Shown here: positions 44,820 to 55,967 of the stretch, one piece after another
Layout of the letters: each line of letters begins with the position of its first letter
Position numbering within the stretch: position 1 is the first letter of the stretch
Source of the DNA: an uncultured Isosphaeraceae bacterium
GTDB lineage: Bacteria; Planctomycetota; Planctomycetia; Isosphaerales; Isosphaeraceae
Length of the DNA: 64,000 nucleotides
Assembly: GCA_963779675.1 (NCBI GenBank)
Contig: CAVZZM010000003.1
Location: 1-64,000 of the forward strand
Direction: 5' to 3'
Notes under the pieces: model-generated
Databases searched by the model: none
What the model saw: the letters and a program-made list of their open reading frames with translations, nothing else
Told to the model about the DNA's origin: nothing
Position numbers and translations under genes: made by a program

Positions 44820-45938
44820 TCAGACGACGTCCTCGCCCGGTTCCGTGACGTTGTCGTTGGCGGCGGTGTCCTGGCCCAGGGCGGGGCCGAATTCCTCCAG
44901 AAGCCGTCCCCGGCGCGCCAGCGCCAGGCCGATCGGCTCGTCGGGCGCGGCGACCGGCCGGGCGGCGATGCGGGCGTGACGCTCCAGCTCGGCCGGGCTG
45001 GGGGGCTCGAGGTCCGGTAGCCGCGCCTCGGATTCGGCCAGCGCGGCGACCCGCTCGACCTGCGCGTGAGCGGCGGCGGTGGCCTCTCGGTGGAGGTCCG
45101 CTTCCCGGGCGCGGAGGTGTTCCAGCGCCGAGTCGGGGAAAGCTTTCAACCCCTCGAGCACCTCCCGAACCCAGCGGGTCGAGAGGCCGTCCGGGGCCTC
45201 GCGGGCCAGGACGAACGCCGCGCAGCAGGCGGAGGCGTCGCGATCGCCGAGGGCCTGCCCGACGAACGCCTCCAGGTCGCTCGGATCGGCCTCCTGGAGC
45301 ACCTCGACGTAACGGGCGACCAGCCGGGGGTTGACCCGGTCCGGACGGTCGCAGGCCGTGTCGATGCGTGCGTGGTCCTCGGGGTCCACCAGGCGGTTCC
45401 TCATTCCTTCAAGCTGCCGACGCGCCCACTCTCGGGCCGCGTCGTCGCCGGCCTGCTCGGCATGCGCGTGGAACTCCAGGAGGGAAGCCAGCGTCGGCGC
45501 GGGCTGGCCGCCGTGGATCGGTCGGACGTACGTCCGGCCCTCGAACTCGGCGGCGCGGTTGGTCAGTTGTTGCTCGACCAGGCTGAGCCGGAGCAGCCGG
45601 TTCGTCTCGCGCTGGAGGGCGTCGAGCGACGGGCCGCCTCGGGTCGACTTCCGGGCGTCCGCGGCCATCGTCAGCCGTTCCAGGAAGACCGGGGGCATCG
45701 GCTGGAACCGCTCGCCCTGGGCCAGGAGATCGCGGCGGAGGTCGCTCGCGGCCTCCGCCGCGCGTTGGCGGGCCACCTTCGGCGTCAGGTCACCGAACCG
45801 GACCTGCCTCTGGAGGTCCTGCCGGAGGGCGCGGAACCCGGCCAGGGCCGCCTCGGCATCGGCCTGGAAGGGAGTCGCGGTCGTTGTTGCGTCGTCGTGC
45901 GCCCGTCGCACGGCGTCGCGGAGTGGATTCAGGGCCAT
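44820..45938 (-). CDS. Hypothetical protein
   Basis: Long helical ORF with an internal Met start, MALNPLRDAV. Confidence 0.35.
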   Translation of the reverse strand: MALNPLRDAVRRAHDDATTTATPFQADAEAALAGFRALRQDLQRQVRFGDLTPKVARQRAAEAASDLRRDLLAQGERFQPMPPVFLERLTMAADARKSTRGGPSLDALQRETNRLLRLSLVEQQLTNRAAEFEGRTYVRPIHGGQPAPTLASLLEFHAHAEQAGDDAAREWARRQLEGMRNRLVDPEDHARIDTACDRPDRVNPRLVARYVEVLQEADPSDLEAFVGQALGDRDASACCAAFVLAREAPDGLSTRWVREVLEGLKAFPDSALEHLRAREADLHREATAAAHAQVERVAALAESEARLPDLEPPSPAELERHARIAARPVAAPDEPIGLALARRGRLLEEFGPALGQDTAANDNVTEPGEDVV

Positions 45939-46008
45939 TTTGCGAACTCTCAGGTCGAAACTGGGGTCAAGGGCACGGGGGATCGTCGTGCCCGCGATTC
46001 CATTCCAT

Positions 46009-46287
46009 TCACTCGAATCTCGGGAAGAGATGGGTCGCGACACGCGCATCGCCGAGCACCAGCTCGGCGGCCGCGATCGCTTCCAGACGGGTAGAGCCCA
46101 GCGCCTCGATGGTCTCGGGGTGCTCGGGGCCGGACAACCGCGCCAGCCAGCGCTCCGGCCCGAGCCGCTGCCAGCTCAACAGCCGGCGTTGCCGGCCGAA
46201 CCGGTTGCGCAGCTGTCGAGCACGCCGCTCGTCACGCCGGTCGCCGAGGAGTTCAATGAGGGATGTCATGGTCAGCCGACTCGACAA
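46009..46287 (-). CDS. Hypothetical small protein
   Basis: ORF only. Confidence 0.2.
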   Translation of the reverse strand: MSSRLTMTSLIELLGDRRDERRARQLRNRFGRQRRLLSWQRLGPERWLARLSGPEHPETIEALGSTRLEAIAAAELVLGDARVATHLFPRFE

Positions 46288-46530
46288 CGAACCGTGAGCG
46301 AATTTGTGTCCTTCCGAGGAGCACTATCGAGAGACGAGCCCGTAGATTTCACCTGAACCGTTTTCGTTCCCCGATCCGGCGTAGGAATCTGTTTCGGTAA
46401 TGCGGGAAACGCAGGGTTTCGACGGGACCGCGATAGGCACTGGGTCCGGTCCTCTGCTACACTTGATGCGTGTTCCCGGCCGACTTGCCTCACCCCGTTA
46501 CGAGCCCGGACCGACCCGGAAAACGATCTG

Positions 46531-47017
46531 ATGGCCGAATTTCCCGACGAGAACTTCCCGCCTCCCGCGACCCCCCCCGACCCGTCCGGTCTTCCCAAAC
46601 GCCTCCGGGGCACGCACCCCGCGCAGGACGACGAGGTGCCGCCGGCGGCCGTCGGCCGCACCGAGCCCGACCGTCAGTCTCGCGCCCTGGAACACGTTCG
46701 GGCCTGCGCGGATCGCCGAGGAGAACCGCGGGCGCGATATCGCCCTGCTCGACCTCAGCGCGGCCACCTCGCTGGTCGACTACTTCCTGATCATCACCGC
46801 CGCCTCGCGACGGCAGGCCAACGCGATCAGCAGCGACATCGACGCCGAGATGAAGCGGATCGGCGAGTTCAAGATCGGCATCGAGGCGTCGGAAGAAGGG
46901 CGCTGGACCCTCATCGACTACGGCGACTTCGTCGTCCACGTCTTCTCCGAGGAAGCCCGCGACTACTACGCCCTCGACGATGTCTGGGGGGATGCCCCCC
47001 GGCTCGAACTCCAGTAA
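46531..47017 (+). CDS. rsfS: Ribosomal silencing factor RsfS (Iojap family), frameshifted near 46700
   Basis: DLSAATSLVDYFLIITAASRRQANAI ... DYGDFVVHVFSEEARDYYALDDVWGDAPRLELQ*. Confidence 0.7.
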
Positions 47018-47019
47018 CC

Positions 47020-47190
47020 GAGGGCCGATGCCCGATGACCGATGACCGATCGCTGATGACCGATGACCGATGACCGATCGCTGATGACCGATGACCGATG
47101 ACCGATCGCTGATGACCGATGCGCATCAGGGACCGACCTCGGAGAACCTACCCTCGGTGATTGGCCCTGGTCATCGGTCATCGGTCATGC
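47020..47190. repeat. Tandem 28-bp repeats built from ATGACCG heptads (three copies or more), with an inverted GGTCATCGGTCATCGGTCAT partner
   Basis: gatgaccgatgaccgatgaccgatcgct repeated three times, then ggtcatcggtcatcggtcatg at 47166-47187. Confidence 0.7.
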
Positions 47191-47232
47191 TCCATTCCTG
47201 TCGATCCGTCCCGCCGAATGAAAAATTGAGCC

Positions 47233-49095
47233 ATGAACATCCTCGCTTGTCTCCGCCGGCGCTTCGCCGACGCCGTCCCCGAGGGGGCTGATCCCGGCGA
47301 CTTCGCCGCGGCGGTTCGGCCTGGCACCGACCCGAAGTTCGGCGACTACCAGGCCAACGGCTGCATGGCCGTCGCGAAGGCCCGCAAGGCGAACCCGCGC
47401 GAGCTGGCCGCCGAGGTCGCCGGCACGGTCGACCTCGCGCCGATGGCCGGCGCCCCCGAGGTCGCCGGGCCCGGGTTCCTCAACGTCCGGCTCGATGACG
47501 GCTGGGTCGCCGCGACGCTGCGCGACCTGCTGGGTGACGATCGCCTGGGCGTGGAACCGGCCGAATCGCCCGACACCATCGTCATCGACTTCTCGTCGCC
47601 GAACGTCGCCAAGCCGATGCACGTCGGCCACATCCGCTCGACGGTCATCGGCGAGAGCCTGTCCCGGGTTCTCGGAGCGCTCGGCCACAAGGTCATCCGC
47701 GACAACCACCTCGGCGACTGGGGCCTCCAGTTCGGCCAGATCCTCTGGGGCTGGAAGAACCACCTCGACCGGGACGCCTACGATCGCGACCCGGTCGGCG
47801 AGCTGGCCCGCCTGTACCGCCTGGCCGCCTCGACGATGAAGCCGGTGGATGACCTCGCCCCGAAGCTCCGCAAGGTCCAGGACCTCGAAGCAGCAGGGCA
47901 AGCCCGACGAGGCCGCCGCGCTGTTCGCGAAACTGTTCGGCGAGAACGGGTTGAGCCGCGATCAGGTGGAGCGGGCCATCGACGAGGGCCGCCGCGTCAC
48001 CGACGCCGCCCGCGAGGAAACGGCCAAACTCCACGCCGGCGATGCCGGAGAACCGCCGCCTCTGGGAGCAGTTCATGCCCCACTGCCTCGCGGCGCTTCA
48101 GACGATTTATGACCGACTCGGCGTCACCTTCGACGTTCAGCTCGGCGAGAGCTTCTACGACCCGCTCCTGCCCGGCGTCGTCAACGACCTGGAGAACAAT
48201 GGCCTCGCCCGAGAGAGCGAGGGGGCGACCGTCGTCTTCACCGAGGCGACGAAGGCCCCCATGATGGTCCGCAAGCGCGATGGTGCGTTCACTTACGCCA
48301 CGAGCGATCTCGCCAAGGTCAAGTATTGCCATGAGGAGTTCGACGCCGATCGCTTGCTCTACGTCGTCGATAGCCGCCAGGCCGACCACTTCAAGCAGGT
48401 CTTCGACGTCGCCCGCCGCTGGGGGTTCGCCGACGTCGATTTCCAGCACGTCGGCTTCGGCACGATCCTCGACCCGACGACCCGCAAGCCGTACAAGACC
48501 CGCGAGGGGGACGTCACCGGGCTGGAGTCGCTGCTCGACGAGGCCGTCGCCAAGGCCCTCAAGGTCGTCCGCGAGAACAGCCCCGACCTCGCCGAGGACG
48601 AGCAGGCGCAAGGTGGCCGAGGTCGTCGGCCTCGGCGCGATCAAGTACGCCGACCTCTCCCAGAACCGCCTTAGCGACTACGCCTTCGACCTCGACAAGA
48701 TGGTCGCGATGAACGGCAACACCGCGACGTATCTGCAATACGCCTATGCCCGCATCCAGTCGATCTTCCGCAAGTGCGAGACGACCCCGGCCGCCGTCCG
48801 TGCCGAGCGGCCCGAGATCGTCCTCGGCCAGCCCTCCGAACGGGCGCTCGCGGTGGCCTTGCTACGCCTGCCCGAAACCCTCGTTCAGACCGCCGACGAC
48901 CTGAAGCCCAACCTCCTGACCGACTATCTGTTCGACCTGGCGAACCGGTTCAGCATGTTCTACGACCAGTGTCCGGTCAAAAACGCCGAGCCCCCCTCCC
49001 TGCGTGCCAGCCGCCTGGCTCTCTGCGACCTCACCGCCCGTACGCTGCAGTTTGGCCTGGACCTGCTTGGTATCGAGGTCGTCGAGCGCATGTGA
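47233..49095 (+). CDS. argS: Arginyl-tRNA synthetase, readable with at least three frameshifts
   Basis: PNVAKPMHVGHIRSTVIGESL, the HIGH-like motif; DRLLYVVDSRQADHF; KMSTR-like region; C-terminal anticodon-binding LCDLTARTL. Confidence 0.8.
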
Positions 49096-49228
49096 CCCCT
49101 TCCCTTCGAGAGTGAACGAACCGGCGTCCGCGAGCATGGCCGGTTGCCTGGTCCGTCCTCACGGTGTCCCGGTCATCATCTCGTTGATTCTTGTAACAGA
49201 TCGCATGCGAAAACGTATGGTAGAAGAT

Positions 49229-49291
49229 GGTGGGCCCTTCTGGGCCGCAAGGCCCGACGCCCGGAGTGCGACCGGGCGTCAAGGGCCCACC
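49229..49291 (+). ncRNA. Candidate small structured RNA or regulatory element: a three-way junction
   Basis: Outer stem ggtgggccc/gggcccacc encloses the hairpin gggcc-GCAA-ggccc (GNRA loop) and the 9-bp hairpin gacgcccgg-agtgcga-ccgggcgtc. Confidence 0.3.
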
Positions 49292-49557
49292 CGTGTCGCG
49301 GAACTCCGAGCGATTTCGACCAACCCGACGCAGGGGGAGGTCAAAAGCGGCAGGATCTGGCCTGATTTTTCTCGCCGCATCCAAGCTCGGACGCTAACAT
49401 GACCCTCCTTGGCGGCGCCGTTGCCAGATAACGGGGCCGCTGGTGAATGCAGGCATGCAAACCAGTCGACAACGCCGCGGAGTGGACGGTCCCCGGGCCG
49501 TCCGGGGCTCGGAGTCGGGGATGTCCAGAGGCGCGATCGGGGCCAAAACTGGCCGAG

Positions 49558-50396
49558 ATGCAGTATCGGGTGGTCCGTGCCCTCGGCGCCGGGGCGGGCA
49601 GCTCGATCCTGCTGGTCGCCGATTCCCTGACCGATCGCAAGTTTGCCCTGAAGGTGGTCAAGCGGCAGGACGCCGACGATGATATCTACGTCGCCCAGGC
49701 CACTCACGAGTTCGAGGTCGCCCAGCGACTGAACCACGACAATCTGCTGAAGGTCTACGACCTGCGGATCAAGAAGTCGTGGTTCAAGGTCTCCGGCGTC
49801 GAGCTGTTGATGGAATACGTCGACGGCAAGACGCTCGATGAGCTGGTTCTCCACGACCGCGGCCAGCTCGTGCTGATCTTCATCCACGTCGCCTCGGCGC
49901 TGAACCACATGCACCGGCGGGGCATTTATCACGGCGACCTGAAGCCGAGTAACCTGATGCTCTCGCGCGACGGCGATCGTCAAGGTGCTCGACTTCGGTA
50001 CTGCCTGGATCAAGGGCCAGCCCAAGAACCGCGTGCAGGGGACGCCGCAGTACATGGCCCCGGAGCAGGCCACCGAGAAGAGCGTCAACGAGAAGACCGA
50101 CCTCTACAACTTCGGCGCGACGATGTACCGCCTGCTGACCGGGAATTACGCCAACCTGGGCCTGCCCACGGAACTCAACGGCGTCCTCGGTCGCCGAGCA
50201 CGCCCCGACCCGCCGAGCGAGGTCGACCCGAGACATCCCCGGGGGCCTCAGTGACCTCGTGATGGACTGCCTCGAAACTACCCCCGCCCGTCGCCCCGAG
50301 GGCATGCACGAGGTCAAACGCCGACTGGTGGAGGTCGCCAGGACCATGGGACTCCGCCCCGCCGACCTCCGCGGCTCCGATGAGGCCGACGACTGA
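49558..50396 (+). CDS. Ser/Thr protein kinase, frameshifted
   Basis: LGAGAGSS...ALKVV; HRRGIYHGDLKPSNLML; VLDFGTAW; GTPQYMAPEQ. Confidence 0.75.
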
Positions 50397-50407
50397 TCGA
50401 GGTTCCA

Positions 50408-50790
50408 GGGGTCGAGGGGTCGAGGACCAATGAAGGTGGCGATCCGCCTTTGGTCCCCGGCCCTCGGAATTCGAGACTCCTCGCCGATCTCCACCGAATC
50501 TCCTTGCAACTCTTGAGGTCGCAAGGCGTTTTCCTCGTTCCCACGGGGACCGTGGGAACGAGGGGTTACGGACGGGTGGAGTTCATCGAGGAGTCTCCGG
50601 AATTCGGCCTTGTTCGACTCAATCACTCCGATCCGCTCCGCGCCATCCGCCCGATCCGCGTTCCTCCGCGTTCCATTCGGTCATCGGCCCCTCGACCATC
50701 AGCTCCTCGACCCTCGGCCCTCGCTATCTCGACCCTCGCCCTCTCGGCCCTCGGTCATCGGTCATCGGTCATCCGGGATGGTGACTTCGC
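50408..50790. repeat. Intergenic repeat element, copy A (about 380 bp including an insertion of about 140 bp). It contains a perfect 14-bp-stem palindrome at 50527-50560 and a GGTCATCGGTCATCGGTCATC tail
   Basis: Shares gtcgagggg.cgagg.ccaatga.g.tggcgat.cg.c.ttggtc and ggccttgttYgactcRatcacY.cgatccgctccgcgc...cgcgttcc...attcgKtcatcggccc with copy B. Confidence 0.6.
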
Positions 50791-50844
50791 CCGATTGCGC
50801 CAGGTTGCCTTGCGGCCCTCTGCCGCCACCCGTAGGATAACGCG

Positions 50845-52865
50845 ATGCGCTTCGGGACCGAGGTGCAACGACGCTGACTCCGTCCGGCAAGGAGCCCATG
50901 CACAGTACAACCCGGCCAACCCGCTGATCGTGCAGGGCGACCGCACGGTCCTGCTCGAAGTCGACAACCCGCTTTACGCCGAGGCCCGCGACGCGATCGC
51001 GCCGTTCGCCGAGCTGGAGAAGAGCCCGGAGCACATCCACACCTACCGGCTGACCCCGCTCTCGCTCTGGAACGCCGCGGCGGCCGGGATGTCGGCCGAG
51101 GCGATGGTCGACGCCCTGGCCACCTACAGCAAGTTCCCGATGCCGCCGAACCTGCCGGTCGACCTCCGCGAGCTGGTCTGGCGCTACGGCCGGGTGACGC
51201 TCAAGCGGGTCGACGGGACACTGCGGCTGGTCGCCTCCGACCGGGCCCTGCTGGAGGAGCTGGCCCGCCAGAAGGGGGTCCGCGACTACCTCGGCGCCCG
51301 GCTCGACGAGACGGCCTTCGCCGTCGAGGACCTTCACCGCGGCGTGCTCAAGCAGGGGCTGATCGCCGTCGGCTACCCGGCCGAGGACCTCGCCGGCTAC
51401 ACCGACGGGCGCGGACCTGGTCATCGACCTCCGCGAGGTCGCCCGCGACGGTGCCCCGTTCCGGGTCCGCGACTACCAGCGCCAGGCCGTCGACGCCTTC
51501 CACGCCGGCGGCGACGTCCGGGGCGGCTCCGGCGTCGTCGTGCTGCCCTGCGGCGCCGGCAAGACGATCGTCGGCATCGCCGCGATGGCCGCTCTGGGCA
51601 AGCACACGCTGGTCCTGACCACCAGCACCACCGCCGTCGAGCAGTGGCGTCGCGAGATCCTCGACAAGACCGACCTCCGCGACGACCAGGTCGCCACCTA
51701 CACCGGCGAGGAGAAGGCGATCGCCCCGGTCACGGTCGCCACCTACCAGATCGTCACCTACCGGCCCAAGAAGGACGGCGACTTCCCCCACTTCAAGCTG
51801 TTCAACGAGCGCGACTGGGGCCTGATCGTCTACGACGAGGTCCACCTCCTGCCGGCGCCGGTCTTCCGCGTCACCGCCGACATCCAGGCCCGCCGCCGCC
51901 TCGGCCTGACCGCCACCCTGGTCCGCGAGGACGGCCGCGAGGAGGACGTCTTCAGCCTGATCGGCCCGAAGAAGTTCGACGTCCCCTGGCGGGTTCTGGA
52001 GCAGAAGGGCTGGATCGCCGAGGCCCTCTGCCACGAGGTCCGCCTCGCCCTGCCGTCGAGCCACCGCATGGAGTACGCCATCGCCGAGTGGCGCGACAAG
52101 TTCCGGCTGGCCAGCGAGAACCCGGTCAAGGAGGACCTCGTCGGCGTCCTGCTCGACCGCTTCGACCGCCCCGACGACCGCGTCCTGGTCATCGGCCAGT
52201 ACCTCAAGCAGCTCCGCCGGATCGCCGAGCGGTTCGACCTGCCGCTGATCACCGGCCAGACCGGCAACCCCGAGCGCGAGGACCTTTACGGCCGGTTCCG
52301 CCGCGGCGAGATCCGCCGGCTCGTGCTCTCGAAGGTCGGCAACTTCGCCATCGACCTGCCCGACGCCAACGTGATGGTCCAGGTCTCCGGCACCTTCGGC
52401 AGCCGCCAGGAGGAAGCCCAGCGCCTCGGCCGCATCCTCCGCCCCAAGGACGGCGCCGAGCCCGCCCACTTCTACACCCTGGTCACCCGCGACACCCGCG
52501 AGATGGACTTCGCCCACCACCGCCAGCTCTTCCTGACCGAGCAGGGGTACAGCTACGAGATCCTCGACGAGTCGGAGCTGACCGACCAGATCGATCGGGC
52601 ACGCGGACGGCCGCGTCTGCCGGGCGTGATGATCGCGATGGCCAAGTCGCAAGCACGACGCATCCCCGTCAAGCTGCACAAGCAGGTGGCCCTGATCCGC
52701 ACGGCCGACCCGATCCTGGCCGAGGAGCTGCTGGCGCGGAAGACGCTGGCGCGGCTGGTCCTGGGCCGGCTCTCGCCGACCGTCCTGCTCGTCGACCCCG
52801 AGCACGAGGAGTCGATCCTCGACGAGCTTCGGCGCATGGGCCACACCCCCCGGGTCGTCCGCTGA
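50845..52865 (+). CDS. XPB/ERCC3 (Rad25)-like SF2 DNA helicase, with a frameshift near 51410 and an uncertain start
   Basis: NPLIVQGDRTVLLEVDNPLY...HTYRLTPLSLWNAAAAGM is the XPB N-terminal domain; GSGVVVLPCGAGKT is Walker A; DEVHLLPA; TATLVRED; motif VI region. Confidence 0.8.
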
Positions 52866-52894
52866 GTTTCCGGCCCCAGGTGACCGAATGACGA

Positions 52895-52990
52895 ATTTCA
52901 GGGAGGGCCGAGGGACGATGACCGAGGACCGAGGGACGATTTTCGGGGGGCGAGGGCCGATGACCGATAGCCGAGAACCGTGGGCCGACT
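52895..52990. repeat. Partial copy of the same intergenic repeat family (cgagggccgatgaccga motifs)
   Basis: gagggacgatgaccgaggaccgagggacg...cgagggccgatgaccgatagccgag. Confidence 0.5.
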
Positions 52991-53138
52991 TGACGCTTGG
53001 TGGACGACGATCTGATGGGTTTTCCGAGGCCCCAAAAAATGAATTTGGGCCATGAGAACTCCCGGTTTCGAGTTGATTAAAAACACGTAAGTCCTTGTTT
53101 TATAAGCCCGTTTCGACGATTCCCGAACGAAGCCAACG

Positions 53139-55492
53139 ATGAGCATCGAGACGACTTCAGGTGAGCCCGGCCCCGTCGTCGTGCCGGCCGAGGGCCCTGC
53201 GGTCGCGTACCGGGCGGCGCTGGGGCGTTACGAACCGGCCGCCCTCCGGGTGGTCCTCCAGGAACTGGGTTTCGAGGAGGAGGTCGGCTCGGGACGGGCC
53301 ACCGAGCTGGCCGCCACGATCATCAGCCGGCTCGACCGGAACCGAGTGATCGAGGAGCTGATCGAGGCCCAGTCGCATGAGGCCCGGCTGGTCCTCGGCC
53401 TGTTCGCCCTGACCGAGCAGGCATCGTGGCCGATGGCCGGGATGGCGCTCGCGTTGCGGTTGCTGGGGATCGAGCCGGGGGCGGCCCTGGCCGGGCTGCT
53501 GACCCGCGGCCTGGTCGCGATTCGATCCGACTCGTCGCGGCCCGCGACGGCCGACCTGGAGGCCCCGGCACGCCCCGAGTTGCATTCGGCCCGACTGTTC
53601 GCCCACCCGGAGGCGATGGCCTCGGCCCGTTCCCTGCGGCCATTGGCCGTCGCGGACAGCCCGGCCCCCGTCGAGCGAATCCGACAGGCCCGCGAGGCCG
53701 ACGGCCTGGAGCCGATCCTCCGCACGGCCGCCCTCTGGCAGCGGGTCGACGAGGTTCCCTTGCGGCAGACGCAGCAGGGCTCCCTGTACAAGCGGGACCG
53801 CGACCGGCTCGAAACCGACACCGCCCTCGCCGGCCCGATTGCCGACATGCTGGAGCCGCTGCCCGACCTGATCGACCTCTGGCTCGCCCTGGCGCGGAGC
53901 GTCGGCCTGGTGTTCGACGAGCCGGGCACGGACCGGATCATCGCCGCCCCGGCCGCTTACTGGTCGGAGAACGCCATCCACCTGCCCCAGATGCTGGCCC
54001 TGCGCTGGCTGCCTGTTGCGGAGCTGGCACGAGCGCGAGGGCAGCGAGGCGCGCCGGCGATGCTCCCGTCGGCGCCGTTCGTCGCGGGTGGCCGTCCTGC
54101 TACGCCTGGCCGCCCTGGGTCCCGACCACTGGCTCGCCGTCGACGACCTGGCCGCCGACCTGGATCGTCGCGTCGACGGGTTGGAGCGGCCCACTGACGG
54201 TCGCGGAGCCACCGCCGCCTGAAGAGCCCCCGCAATGCCGCGCCACCCCGGCCTGTCGATCCCACGGAGCCGCCGCCGGAGCCTGCTCGCCCATCCTCGC
54301 GACGGGCGTCGCGCGCGGTCGCGGCGATGGCCGGATGTCGGAGACGACCGGGCCCGAGTGGCTGCGGGCGATGCTGCTCGGCCCCGCCTACCAGCTCGGC
54401 CTGGTCCGGGCGGCGGAGGAGGACCCGAGCGGCCGTCGGGTGGTCCAGCTCACCGACCTGGGCCGCTACGCCCTGGCCCTGGGGCCGCCGCCGGCCGCCG
54501 CGGCCCGGGTTCGACCATTTCCTGTTCGTCCAGCCGAACTTCGAGATCATCGCCTATCGCCAGGGCCTGACGCCGGCCCTGATCGGCCAGTTCAGCCGGT
54601 TCGCCCGCTGGTCGCAGCTCGGCGCGGCGGTGGAGCTGACGCTGACCCCGGAGGATGTCTACCGTGGCCTGGAGGGAGGCCTGACCCCGGAGGCGGTGCT
54701 CGACCGGCTCGGCCCGCCACAGCGAGCGGCCCCTGCCGGCCGGGCGTGGCCGAGACGCTACGGACCTGGGCGGTCCGTCGCGAGCGGGTCTCGTACCACG
54801 CCGCGGCCACCCTGATGGAGTTCGCCTCGTCCGAGGAGCTGGAGGCGGCCCTGACCGACTGGCCCGAGGGCACGACCGCCAGCCGTGTCGCCGAGCGGCT
54901 CCTGCTGATCGAGGGCGACGGCGAGATTCCCTTCCACCGCTTCCGCATGCTGGGGGCCCGCGACTATCGCCGCCCCCCGGAGGCCTGCGTCGAGGTCGAG
55001 CCGGACGGGATCACTCTGGCCCTCGACCCGAACCGCTCCGACCTGCTCGTCGACGCCGAACTGGCCCGGCTCGCCGACGAGCTTCCCCGCAACTCGGACC
55101 GAGGGGGGACCGGCCTGCTCCGCCGACGGTTCCGGATCACGTCCCGGACGCTGGAGCACGCCATCGCCGAGGGCCTCAGCCCGACCTTGCTGGCCCGCTG
55201 GTTCAAGAAGCGAACCGGCGAGGACACCCCCCCGGCGGTTCGCCTGCTGCTCCACCCGCTGGCCTCCCACGCCAGCCCGGCCCAGGCCCGTCGGGTGGTC
55301 GTCGTGACGGTCGAGGCCCCCGAATTGCTCGATGGCCTGGCCCAGCACCCGGACACCCGCCCGTATCTCGGCGACCGCCTCGGCCCGACCTCCGTGGTCG
55401 TCTCGGACGCCGCCCTCGACGGCCTCCGCCGCGTGATGGCCACCCTCGGCCTGTCCCTCGACGCCCCCGGGCCCGGTTCGAAACCATCCTGA
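53139..55492 (+). CDS. Large conserved partner protein of the XPB-like helicase (about 780 aa), with at least three frameshifts
   Basis: Coding signal is continuous across three frames and ends ...DAPGPGSKPS*. It is co-oriented with XPB and 274 bp downstream of it. No catalytic motif recognised. Confidence 0.5.
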
Positions 55493-55564
55493 CCGTTTGC
55501 GGGCCGCGTTCGATCAGGTCCGAAGCAACGATGGCCGCTAGCCGCAGGCCGGCCGATGGCCAAG

Positions 55565-55745
55565 GGCCGAGGAGTCGAGGGGCGAGGGCCAATGACGTTG
55601 GCGATTCGTCCTTGGTCAGCGACCATCGGTCATCGGCCTTGTTTGACTCGATCACCTCGATCCGCTCCGCGCGGATCCGACCGATGCGCGTTCCATTCGT
55701 CCATCGGCCCTCGACACCTCGGCCTCTCGACCGATTCTTTCCTCA
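55565..55745. repeat. Intergenic repeat element, copy B, in direct orientation relative to copy A
   Basis: See copy A; ...gcgaccatcggtcatcggccttgtttgactcgatcacctcgatccgctccgcgc... Confidence 0.6.
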
Positions 55746-55967
55746 AGACTGCGCAGAATAGGATTTCCGTGCTAGCCTTCCGCTGTGGAAGGTTCTTCGG
55801 CCCTTGGCACGTCGGGACGGTTCGCGTGGGCGTCGGGCGGTCGTCTCGGAGGCGCCTTGTGAAGCGTAACGGTCGAGGGATAAGATGGAACCCAGCCGCG
55901 ATCGTTGCCTAAGTCGACGCGCACCATCCGCGGCGGGTCGAAGGTTGCCCCTTCTCGGAATCGCTCC

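Noticed and set aside
47020-47190. CRISPR array
   Set aside because: The repeats are contiguous 7- and 28-bp tandem units without unique spacers, and no cas genes are nearby
51348-52844. 498-aa minus-strand ORF inside the XPB helicase gene, and 351-aa ORF (53157-54212) inside the partner gene
   Set aside because: Antisense to genes with strong motif support. The composition is typical of GC-rich antisense frames
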